Shown: positions 1-8,681 of the stretch, in pieces | Layout: each line of letters starts with the position of its first letter | Numbering within the stretch: position 1 is the first letter of the stretch | Source: Pedobacter schmidteae | GTDB lineage: Bacteria > Bacteroidota > Bacteroidia > Sphingobacteriales > Sphingobacteriaceae | Reading direction: 5' to 3' | Length of the DNA: 64,000 nt | NCBI GenBank assembly: GCA_945901155.1 | Contig: CAMDKO010000003.1 | Span: 848-64,847, forward strand | The notes under the pieces: model-generated | Seen by the model: the letters and a program-made list of their open reading frames with translations, nothing else | Databases searched by the model: none | Told to the model about the DNA's origin: nothing | Translations under genes and position numbers: made by a program

Positions 1-349
1 AGAATGGAGGGTTTGAAACTATCAAATCATACTGCCCATCATAATTCAATAAATAACCTTCCATTGAAGAATGAAATAAACTAAGCCTGTTAAAGAAAGG
101 AGCTTCAGAAAAATTCTTTTTTGCAGTTCTTGCTGCGTTTTCATCAATTTCTACAGCATCAATTAAAGCCGATGGAAATCTTTGAGCAAGCATTAGTGAA
201 ATCAAGCCTGTACCTGTCCCTATATCGAGTATCTTAGTGGGTGCTACAGAATCTAATATTGCAGCTAGAAGAACCCCATCTGTGTTCACTTTCATGGCAC
301 AATCAGTTTGATCAATGCAAAACTGCTTGAAATGGAATAAACTAGCCAT
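1..349 (-). CDS. trmN6: tRNA1(Val) A37 N6-methyltransferase (3' end runs off the window)
   Basis: Manual translation from ATG at 349: MASLFHFKQFCIDQTDCAMKVNTDGVLLAA...ILDIGTGTGLISLMLAQRF...YDLIVSNPPF. It has the SAM-binding DIGTGTG and catalytic NPPF motifs. The start overlaps the upstream stop (TAATG). Confidence 0.9.
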   Translation of the reverse strand, partial: MASLFHFKQFCIDQTDCAMKVNTDGVLLAAILDSVAPTKILDIGTGTGLISLMLAQRFPSALIDAVEIDENAARTAKKNFSEAPFFNRLSLFHSSMEGYLLNYDGQYDLIVSNPPF

Positions 350-738
350 TAACTTTCGTAAAGCTCTATTGGAAGCCCGTCAGGATCATTAAAAAAAACA
401 AACCTTTTCTGGCTATACTCATCAATTCTAATTTCTTCTGTTAGTATCCCATTTTTAGTTAGTTCGGCAACTGATACAGATAAATTATCTACTTCAAAAG
501 CAATATGCCTTAAGCCTTTTCCTTCTGGATGCGATAACCTTTCTGGGGGATCAGGAAATGAAAATAATTCGATCTGATACTCTCCATTAACTGCAAGATC
601 AAGTTTATATGAATTACGTTCTTCCCTAAAAACCTCCTGCAAGATCTTTAGCCCAAGTATTTCGGTATAAAAATGCTTTGACAAAGTGTAATTAGAACAA
701 ATAATTGCAACATGATGTACGCCTTTCAAGTTGAGCAT
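349..738 (-). CDS. VOC/glyoxalase family protein (YaeR-like)
   Basis: Paired HHVAII / RHIAFEV and terminal FFNDPDGLPIELYE motifs. Confidence 0.9.
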   Translation of the reverse strand: MLNLKGVHHVAIICSNYTLSKHFYTEILGLKILQEVFREERNSYKLDLAVNGEYQIELFSFPDPPERLSHPEGKGLRHIAFEVDNLSVSVAELTKNGILTEEIRIDEYSQKRFVFFNDPDGLPIELYES

Positions 739-1137
739 ATATTATAATATTTTCTTGCTAAAATGCTTATTTCAAGATATAAAAGAATGAAATTATTTGC
801 TTTTACGTGTGCAATTTCAAAAGTAAATAAATGCATGAAAATTATACTCCTATAGAATAATTATTCTATAAGAGTAGAAATAAAACTAGAACTCAATCCA
901 GCTATTCAAAAGCATCAAAATACAAGATACTATTTTGCAAAAAAAAAATAATAGTCATTAAAAAAGGATAAATTCAGATCATTTTTGCAATTAATTGTCG
1001 CTATTTTTCTAATTCTTGATCAAAATTTAATTAATCTGAAGTTTTTTTAAATTTTTTGATTTTTTTTAGTTTTTTTTATTGATTTTTATATCAAAACGAT
1101 TATTTTTATCAAATATTAATTAAAACCCAGCCATACA

Positions 1138-3312
1138 ATGTCATCTTTAAGATTTCAAGCACTAAATGCAGTACTTTCAAGGACAATTCCTGAAGTAAAA
1201 ATGCCTTCAACCAAACTTTCTGATTTTTATGGAAGTAATGTCTTCGATCAGAAGAAAATGAAAGATAGTTTATCTAAAGAAGCCTTTAGCAGTATTATTG
1301 ATTCGATTAATTCGGGAACTCCAATTGATAGAGGTATCTCAGAACAAGTTGCATCTTCTATGAAATCATGGGCTATGTCTAGAGGAGCATCACATTATAC
1401 GCATTGGTTCCAGCCATTAACAGGAAGCACAGCAGAAAAGCATGACTCTTTCTTTGAGCCAGGTTCTGATGGTCAAGGTTTAGAGAAATTCTCTGGTGAA
1501 GCCTTATCGCAACAAGAACCAGATGCATCAAGTTTTCCAAACGGAGGCATAAGAAGCACATTTGAAGCACGTGGTTATACTGCATGGGATCCATCATCAC
1601 CAGCATTTATCATCGGATCTACCTTGTGTATTCCTACAGTATTTATTTCTTATACCGGCGAGGCCTTAGATTATAAGGCTCCTTTATTAAAGGCTATTGG
1701 TTTAATGGATAAAGCAGCTGTTGCTGTTGCACAATACTTTGATAAAAGCATTGAAAAAATTAATAGCTCATTAGGTATCGAGCAGGAATATTTTCTTGTT
1801 GATCTTGCCTTATTTAATGCTAGACCCGACCTTTATCTTACCGGAAGAGCTTTATTTGGTCACATGTCTGCTAAAAATCAGCAATTAGATGACCATTATT
1901 TTGGATCAATTCCTGAACGTGTTCTTGCCTACATGCAAGATTTTGAAACGGAAGCCATCAAATTGGGTATTCCTTTAAAAACCCGTCATAATGAGGTTGC
2001 TCCTTCTCAATTTGAGTGTGCACCTTTATATGAGGAAATGAATCTTGCCATTGACCATAACTCTTTGTTAATGGACTTAATGGATAAAGTTGCCCGCAGA
2101 CATAACTTCAAAGTTCTTTTGCATGAAAAGCCTTATGCAGGTATCAATGGTTCAGGTAAACACAATAACTGGTCATTAATTACGAATACTGGTAAAAACC
2201 TGCTTTCGCCTGGAAAAACTCCAAAAAACAATTTGATGTTCCTTACATTCTTTGTCAATACGATCAGAGCAGTTTTTGAATATTCAGATCTTTTAAGAGC
2301 ATCTATTGCATCTGTCAATAATGATCACCGTTTAGGTGCTAATGAAGCTCCACCAGCAATCATCTCTATGTTCCTTGGAAGTCAGCTGAATGACCTGCTA
2401 GATGAAATTGAATCGTCAAGGGTAACCAACAAGATGAAGCAAGAGCCATCATTATGGACTAATATTCCAAAAATACCACAGATCTTATTGGACAACACCG
2501 ATCGTAACCGTACTTCACCATTAGCTTTTACAGGTAATAAATTTGAATTACGCGCAGTTGGATCTTCGGCTAACTCTGCCAATCCAATGACAATATTGAA
2601 CACGATCATTGCAGATCAGTTAAATAAATTCAAGGCAGAAGTTGATAAACTGATCAAAAAAGGCGAGAAAAAAGATGTTGCGATCATGACAGTGATCAAA
2701 CGTTACATCAAAGAATCTAAAGCTATTCGTTTTGAAGGCAATGGTTATAGCGATGAGTGGGCCGAAGAAGCTAAAAAAAGAGGATTGTCAAATATCAAAA
2801 CTACGCCAAAAGCGCTTGATGTTTTATTGGATCCTAAAACAGATAAATTATTTCAAGATACCGGAGTATTCAGCAAACGCGAATCACATGCACGTCATGA
2901 AATACTGTTAGAAAGTTATTTCAAAAAACTTCAGATTGAAGCAAGAGTAATGGGTGACCTGGTTGATAATGTGATTATTCCAACAGCGATCAATTATCAA
3001 ACAACTCTTATTGATAACGTAAAAGGCCTTAAAGATCTTGGCTTGGGCGAAGATACCTATGCCGCTCAGCTTGATATCATCAAGATGATATCAGGGCATG
3101 TTAACTTTATCAGAACAGCAAACATTGAAATGGTTAATGAACGTAAAAAAGCGAATAATATCGAAGATATAAGAGATAAATCTATTGCCTACGATGAGAA
3201 AGTTAAATCATTCTTTGATCCAATCCGCTATCATGTTGATAAACTTGAGCAATTAGTAGACGATTCAAAATGGCCTTTGCCTAAATTCAGAGAGTTATTG
3301 TTTCTGAAGTAG
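1138..3312 (+). CDS. glnA: Glutamine synthetase type III
   Basis: 724 aa; HYTHWFQPLTG, QEPDASSFP, RHNEVAPSQFE, GSGKHNNWS and DRNRTSP motifs of GSIII. Confidence 0.96.
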   Translation: MSSLRFQALNAVLSRTIPEVKMPSTKLSDFYGSNVFDQKKMKDSLSKEAFSSIIDSINSGTPIDRGISEQVASSMKSWAMSRGASHYTHWFQPLTGSTAEKHDSFFEPGSDGQGLEKFSGEALSQQEPDASSFPNGGIRSTFEARGYTAWDPSSPAFIIGSTLCIPTVFISYTGEALDYKAPLLKAIGLMDKAAVAVAQYFDKSIEKINSSLGIEQEYFLVDLALFNARPDLYLTGRALFGHMSAKNQQLDDHYFGSIPERVLAYMQDFETEAIKLGIPLKTRHNEVAPSQFECAPLYEEMNLAIDHNSLLMDLMDKVARRHNFKVLLHEKPYAGINGSGKHNNWSLITNTGKNLLSPGKTPKNNLMFLTFFVNTIRAVFEYSDLLRASIASVNNDHRLGANEAPPAIISMFLGSQLNDLLDEIESSRVTNKMKQEPSLWTNIPKIPQILLDNTDRNRTSPLAFTGNKFELRAVGSSANSANPMTILNTIIADQLNKFKAEVDKLIKKGEKKDVAIMTVIKRYIKESKAIRFEGNGYSDEWAEEAKKRGLSNIKTTPKALDVLLDPKTDKLFQDTGVFSKRESHARHEILLESYFKKLQIEARVMGDLVDNVIIPTAINYQTTLIDNVKGLKDLGLGEDTYAAQLDIIKMISGHVNFIRTANIEMVNERKKANNIEDIRDKSIAYDEKVKSFFDPIRYHVDKLEQLVDDSKWPLPKFRELLFLK

Positions 3313-3509
3313 TACTGAGTACTGAGTATTGAGATATGTGACACAAAGTTCTGCTTCGGCAGAACTTTGTTGTTTATAGCCATATCTCACATCTCCAATC
3401 TCATATCTCCAATCTCATATCTCAAATCTCCAATCTCATATCTCCAATCTCATATCTCAAATCTCATATCTCATATCTCATATCTCATATCTCACATCTC
3501 AAATCTAAA
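3310..3509 (+). repeat. Heptamer array A: GAGTAYT/GAGATAT arm, UUCG hairpin, then 18 ATCTC-type units
   Basis: TAGTACT GAGTACT GAGTATT GAGATAT from 3310; 18 units (ATCTCAT/ATCTCCA/ATCTCAA/ATCTCAC/ATCTAAA) at 3384-3509. Confidence 0.95.
3343..3376 (+). terminator. Probable glnA terminator hairpin
   Basis: 12-bp perfect stem ACAAAGTTCTGC / GCAGAACTTTGT with C-UUCG-G loop and a T-rich tail. Confidence 0.7.
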
Positions 3510-3512
3510 TAC

Positions 3513-3520
3513 TACTTTTG
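3513..3520 (+). promoter_or_regulatory. Bacteroidota -7 promoter element of purM
   Basis: TACTTTTG matches TAnnTTTG and ends 5 nt before ATG 3526. Confidence 0.6.
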
Positions 3521-3525
3521 CATTA

Positions 3526-4719
3526 ATGTCAGACCTCAAATATAACCAGCGCGGCGTTTCAGCTGATAAAGAAGATGTGCATAATGCCATCAAAAATATA
3601 GATAAGGGAATTTTTCCAAAAGCCTTTTGCAAAATCATTCCTGATATTTTGGGATCCGATAATGCCTATTGTAATATCATGCATGCCGATGGTGCAGGAA
3701 CTAAATCTTCTTTAGCTTATATCTACTGGAAAGAAACCGGCGATATTTCAGTGTGGAAGGGAATTGCCCAAGATGCTATCATTATGAATCTTGATGATCT
3801 ACTATGTGTAGGTGCTACTGATAATATATTGCTTTCATCAACCATTGGTCGAAATAAAAATTTGGTAACAGGCAAAGTGATTGCCGAACTGATTAATGGC
3901 ACAGAAGAAATTCTATCTGAATTACGTGATCTTGGAATTGGGATCTACTCTACTGGAGGTGAAACTGCAGATGTTGGAGATATAGTCAGGACCCTAATTG
4001 TTGATTCTACGGTAACATGCCGGATGAAACGAGCAGACATCTTATCCAATGATCAAATTCGCCCCGGAGATGTTATTGTTGGACTTTCATCTTATGGAAA
4101 GGCTAATTATGAAAAAGAATACAATGGCGGAATGGGTTCAAACGGACTCACTTCAGCCAGACATGATGTATTCCATAAGTATATTGCAGAAAAATATCCG
4201 GAATGTTATGATCCTGCAGTGCCTTATGAATTATTGTTCTCTGGTTCTAAAAAGTTAACTGACCGTATTAATATTCCTGCTACTCATTACAATGAAGCGC
4301 TTGATATTACCGCAGGAAAGCTAGTTCTATCACCTACACGCACTTATGCACCTATAGTTAAGAAGATACTGGATAAATACCGTTCTAAAATACATGGAAT
4401 GGTTCATTGCAGTGGTGGTGCTCAAACAAAGGTTCTTCATTTTATTGACAAGTATCATATCATAAAAGACAATATGATGCCTATTCCTCCCCTTTTTAGC
4501 CTTATTCAGGAAGAATCTAATACTGATTGGAGAGAAATGTACAAAGTGTTCAATATGGGCCACAGAATGGAATTTTATGTTCCATCAGAGATTGCGCAAG
4601 AGATCATTGATATTTCAGAAGAATTCAATGTGAATGCGCAGATCATTGGTCGTGTAGAGGATTCCGAAACAAAGCAAGTCACTATTCGATCTCTATATGG
4701 AGAATTTATCTATCACTAA
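3526..4719 (+). CDS. purM: AIR synthase (phosphoribosylformylglycinamidine cyclo-ligase), Bacteroidota type
   Basis: MHADGAGTKS, MNLDDLLCVG, GGETADVGD, HCSGGAQTK and VFNMGHR motifs. Start moved to ATG 3526 because the upstream extension is just the heptamer repeat translated. Confidence 0.93.
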   Translation: MSDLKYNQRGVSADKEDVHNAIKNIDKGIFPKAFCKIIPDILGSDNAYCNIMHADGAGTKSSLAYIYWKETGDISVWKGIAQDAIIMNLDDLLCVGATDNILLSSTIGRNKNLVTGKVIAELINGTEEILSELRDLGIGIYSTGGETADVGDIVRTLIVDSTVTCRMKRADILSNDQIRPGDVIVGLSSYGKANYEKEYNGGMGSNGLTSARHDVFHKYIAEKYPECYDPAVPYELLFSGSKKLTDRINIPATHYNEALDITAGKLVLSPTRTYAPIVKKILDKYRSKIHGMVHCSGGAQTKVLHFIDKYHIIKDNMMPIPPLFSLIQEESNTDWREMYKVFNMGHRMEFYVPSEIAQEIIDISEEFNVNAQIIGRVEDSETKQVTIRSLYGEFIYH

Positions 4720-4734
4720 AATTCTATAAAACAC

Positions 4735-4770
4735 AAAAAAGCCTTTTTGAATTATCAAAAAGGCTTTTTT
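4735..4770. terminator. Bidirectional intrinsic terminator after purM
   Basis: 16-bp perfect inverted repeat AAAAAAGCCTTTTTGA / TCAAAAAGGCTTTTTT. Confidence 0.85.
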
Positions 4771-5104
4771 CGTTTACAAGTATCTTATAAATTATTGTTT
4801 CTTCAGGATCAGTTTATCTTTTGGAACTGTTAGCTTATTGGTTTTAATATCCAATTCATCAATTAGGTTTTTGGCACCAACAATAACATCTATACACCAA
4901 AGTACAAATCGAATATCTACTGAAATAGTACGTTTGTATTGCTTATCGAATGCAATATGGTCAATCCTGTCTTTTGCATCAATTGAGCTTTTAATAGCAT
5001 AGACGATACTAACTTTCAGAATACAATTCTAAATCATGAAATTGCTTGAATACTTATCCTTTATTAAGAAGCAAGATCAAACAATTCCAAATAAGAAATC
5101 AAAA

Positions 5105-5136
5105 AAAAGGCCCGCTTTGTACGAAGTGGGCCTTTT
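5105..5136. terminator. Intrinsic terminator of the TonB-dependent receptor gene
   Basis: AAAAGGCCC...GGGCCTTTT stem with an A-run on the left, 16 nt past the stop. Confidence 0.85.
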
Positions 5137-5152
5137 AATAATTTAAAAAATA

Positions 5153-8100
5153 TTATTGGAAATTGTAACGGAACCCGAATTGCAAGTAATAAGTAGATGC
5201 AAAAGTTTGTGAGGTTCCAAAAGTAGAATTTACCGGTTTGTTATTAAATGTATTTAACCAGAATGTAGGTTTGGTTGTTCCAACAGGTGTTAAAGCTGAA
5301 ACGTTTTGAGGAACAAGAACTGCTGCAGTTTGAACAAAATCAACTGTACCCCATTTGCTATTCAATAAGTTACCAAAATTCATGATGTCAATAGTGAATT
5401 GGAAATTATTTTTACTTTTTCCAAAATCTTTAAATAATTCCTGAGTTAATCTGACATCAACTTGGTTTCTCCATGGAAGTTTAGCACCACTACGCTCAGC
5501 ATACTTTCCTTTATTCTTTTTAAGGTAATCATCCTGCTCAATATAAGCGAAGAAAAAGTCACTTTGCTCCTGTGCAGTATAAGCAACATTACTTGTTGCT
5601 GAAGATGCAGGGCGAGCAGCAAAAGTAATCTCTGAAGGATCCTTAGGAATGTAAATCAAATCATTTGTTTGACCATCACGATTGAAATCAGATGAATACG
5701 TATAAGAGAACCTACCTTGATGTGATGCCTCAAGGAACATAGACACAGAAGTAGCTAGATTCTTGAAGTATTCTTTACGGTAATTAAGACCTGCAATTAC
5801 ACGGTGAGGAACATTGAAGTTTGAATAACTCAAACCTGGATTATTTCCAGTACGTGAGGTTTGAGTTAATGACCATGTATTAAATAATTGATCACCATTA
5901 CCATCATAAAGTATTTTTTGCTCACTTCTGGTATAAGATAAAGTAGCTGACAATCCTTTATTGAAAGATTTGTTTAATGTTGCAGTAAGGAACCATGAAT
6001 GGCCTTCATTTGAATTATCCAAAACAACCGGATTTAATGCCGCTGTACCAGTTGCACTTGCTTGTCCTGTACTGGTCAATTTATTGATAAACTTGTCTGC
6101 GACAGCATTTGGATACATCGGACGGTTATCAGGATATCCTGTGACATTCAAAGCAGTTGGATCTACTAGATTGACATTGAATCCTTTTGCAATATTCAGA
6201 TCTTTATTATAAATACCTTCTAATGTACCAACAATACCCCATGGCAATTTCGCATCTAACGCTAAGCTACTTTTCCAGGTTTGAGGGAATCTAAATTCTG
6301 GATCAATTGCACTAATAGTAGCTGGAATTGAAGTACCGGCTGCAGGAGGAGTTGCTGGCAAGTATTTTCTAACATCAACACTGAATGGCCCTGGAGTATT
6401 AGCAGTACCATTCCAGTTTTGAGTAAACTGAATAAGACCAGCATCACCAGACTGAGCTACGATCCAAACAAAAGGAACTTTAGTTGTGAAAATACCGGTA
6501 CCACCTCTTAATTGTAAAGAGCGATCACCTTTAACATCATAATTAAAACCTAATCTTGGAGAGAACATAATTCTTTCTTTAGGTAAAACACCAGTATCTA
6601 TTTTTCTTCCTTGAGAAAAACTTAATGGAGCAATTAAAGGATGTGTTTTTATTTCAGGCACATCAGGGTATGTAGGCAATTCAAAACGAAGACCTGCTGT
6701 GATGTTTAGCTTCTCACCTACGCGGAAATTATCTTGAAGATAAGCTGAATACTGTTGGAATTTAAATGTTGGGAATGCTTGCACATAGCCAGGAGATAAT
6801 GAATAGGTTATAGCATAATCATTCGGTTTAGCACCAGAAACAAAATCATTCCAAGAATTAAAACGGTAAGCACCTGTTCCAAAACGCTGAAATCCATTTT
6901 TGGTAGTACTAAAATCCATTTGAGCACCTAAAGTTAATTCATGATTCCCAAGATTCATTGTGAAATTATCTGTAAAACTATAAGTCTGAACATCTCTTAA
7001 GTTTCCATAAGTAAAAGGTTCATAACCAAAAGTGGTAAATGCTGTTCCATCTTTCATAATATCCACTAATGGAAAAATATCACTTTCAGAACCCCTTGGG
7101 TCATTCTGGTGTGTAAAACTACCTCTTAAGGTGTTTGAGAATTTAGATCCAAATGAAGAGTTTAACTCGGCAGCCAATGAATATTGATTAGCCTCTTGAG
7201 TATAATTTGAATTACTGAATTGTAAATGACCCGGATTACCACGACCCCCATTATTAGGAAAGTTAAAACCTGTTCCACTAGTTGAAGAACTGATAAAAGA
7301 AGGAGAACTACTTTCTACTTGGTTGTAACGAATGTTAAAACGGTGATCTTTATTTATATTCCAGTCAAGACGAGCTAAAAATTTATAGTTATTGCTTTTA
7401 TTTGCATACCCCTGATACACTCCAGGATTATAACCATAGGTATTTTTTAGATAATTACTAATCATATCCATTTCGCTAGCTAATGGACGAGCAACATTCG
7501 GATTTGAACCAAACGGTGCTGAACTTGTAGCTGCAACCCTATTTTGACCAGGTCTAACCTCATCAGTACGGTCAATATTTGCGAAAAAGAAAAGCTTATT
7601 TTTAATGATCGGTCCACCTAAACTAAGTGCGAATTGAGTAACGTCAAGCGGTTGTAAAACAATGGTATTATCTCCAACCTTATTTCCCTGGTTACCTTGA
7701 TTACGCATACCGAAAAAAGCATTTCCGAAAAAGTTGTTTTTTCCTGAACGAGTTACCGCGTTAATTGCACTACCTACAAATCCAGACATTCTTACATCGT
7801 ATGGTGCAACATTTACTGAAACTTCTTCAATAGCATCAATTGAGATTGGAGAGCCACCTGCAGGCAGGTTACTACCAATACCAAATTGGTTATTGAAATC
7901 TGAACCATCTACTGTAAAGTTATTCTGACGGTAGTTACCCCCACCAATTGAAGCGCCGTTTGCCTGAGGAGTAAATTTAGTTAGATCATTGACACTTCTA
8001 CTGATTGTAGGTACATTTTGAATTTGGTCACGACCAATATTGGTTGTTGCACCGGTACGATTAGCATTTAATACTGAATTAGGATTTTGTGCGGTAATTA

Positions 8101-8449
8101 CAACTTCCTGAAGCTGTCTTCCAGATTCAGTAAGTAAAATAGTTAACACAAAAGGCTCACCTAATTTTAACTTCACTTCGCTGAATGATTGTGCTTGGTA
8201 TCCAACATAAGTTACTTGAATAAGATAAGGTCCTCCAACACGCATGTTAGGGATATTGAATCTACCGTCGACACCAGATGAAGAACCGTAAATAGTTCCT
8301 GTAGGCTGATGTGTAGCCTTTATTGTAGCACCAATCAGTGATTCCTTTGAATCACGAATAGTACCCGATAAACTACTGGTTGTGACCTGTGCAGAAAGAG
8401 TAAACACAGTGGATAACACGACAAGAGTTAAGAGTAAAAAATTTTTCAT
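5153..8449 (-). CDS. TonB-dependent outer-membrane receptor with N-terminal carboxypeptidase-regulatory-like domain (Oar-like)
   Basis: Signal peptide, GTIRD...GATIKATHQPTG domain, plug (IDAIEEVSVNVAPYDVR, INAVTRSG), C-terminal beta strand QFGFRYNF. Confidence 0.92.
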   Translation of the reverse strand: MKNFLLLTLVVLSTVFTLSAQVTTSSLSGTIRDSKESLIGATIKATHQPTGTIYGSSSGVDGRFNIPNMRVGGPYLIQVTYVGYQAQSFSEVKLKLGEPFVLTILLTESGRQLQEVVITAQNPNSVLNANRTGATTNIGRDQIQNVPTISRSVNDLTKFTPQANGASIGGGNYRQNNFTVDGSDFNNQFGIGSNLPAGGSPISIDAIEEVSVNVAPYDVRMSGFVGSAINAVTRSGKNNFFGNAFFGMRNQGNQGNKVGDNTIVLQPLDVTQFALSLGGPIIKNKLFFFANIDRTDEVRPGQNRVAATSSAPFGSNPNVARPLASEMDMISNYLKNTYGYNPGVYQGYANKSNNYKFLARLDWNINKDHRFNIRYNQVESSSPSFISSSTSGTGFNFPNNGGRGNPGHLQFSNSNYTQEANQYSLAAELNSSFGSKFSNTLRGSFTHQNDPRGSESDIFPLVDIMKDGTAFTTFGYEPFTYGNLRDVQTYSFTDNFTMNLGNHELTLGAQMDFSTTKNGFQRFGTGAYRFNSWNDFVSGAKPNDYAITYSLSPGYVQAFPTFKFQQYSAYLQDNFRVGEKLNITAGLRFELPTYPDVPEIKTHPLIAPLSFSQGRKIDTGVLPKERIMFSPRLGFNYDVKGDRSLQLRGGTGIFTTKVPFVWIVAQSGDAGLIQFTQNWNGTANTPGPFSVDVRKYLPATPPAAGTSIPATISAIDPEFRFPQTWKSSLALDAKLPWGIVGTLEGIYNKDLNIAKGFNVNLVDPTALNVTGYPDNRPMYPNAVADKFINKLTSTGQASATGTAALNPVVLDNSNEGHSWFLTATLNKSFNKGLSATLSYTRSEQKILYDGNGDQLFNTWSLTQTSRTGNNPGLSYSNFNVPHRVIAGLNYRKEYFKNLATSVSMFLEASHQGRFSYTYSSDFNRDGQTNDLIYIPKDPSEITFAARPASSATSNVAYTAQEQSDFFFAYIEQDDYLKKNKGKYAERSGAKLPWRNQVDVRLTQELFKDFGKSKNNFQFTIDIMNFGNLLNSKWGTVDFVQTAAVLVPQNVSALTPVGTTKPTFWLNTFNNKPVNSTFGTSQTFASTYYLQFGFRYNFQ

Positions 8450-8485
8450 AAAATGAATTTTAATTGATTAATTGATTGAGTGCTG

Positions 8486-8493
8486 CAAATATA
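8486..8493 (-). promoter_or_regulatory. -7 promoter element of the receptor gene
   Basis: TATATTTG(CAG) on the minus strand, 36 nt upstream of the start. Confidence 0.7.
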
Positions 8494-8640
8494 CAGAGCA
8501 ATTTTGAAAATTTTCTAGTAGTTGTATTAAGTAAGTGTTAAATTTCATAGATACTTTTCTACATTTTGGTTTTATCAACAACAATTAAATAAATCTATAT
8601 TAAGTCGGGACAAATATTTTCAACCGCTTGAGTATTTTAT

Positions 8641-8648
8641 TAGATTTG
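8641..8648 (+). promoter_or_regulatory. -7 promoter element of lpdA
   Basis: TAGATTTG(C), 33 nt upstream of the ATG. Confidence 0.65.
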
Positions 8649-8681
8649 CCTTAATTCTCCATTGTACTACAAATATTATAT

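Noticed and set aside
3367-3525. 53-aa N-terminal extension of PurM (ISHISNLISPISYLK...)
   Set aside because: It is the stop-free ATCTCAT array translated. The TTG start lies in the hairpin stem and a promoter motif sits just before ATG 3526.
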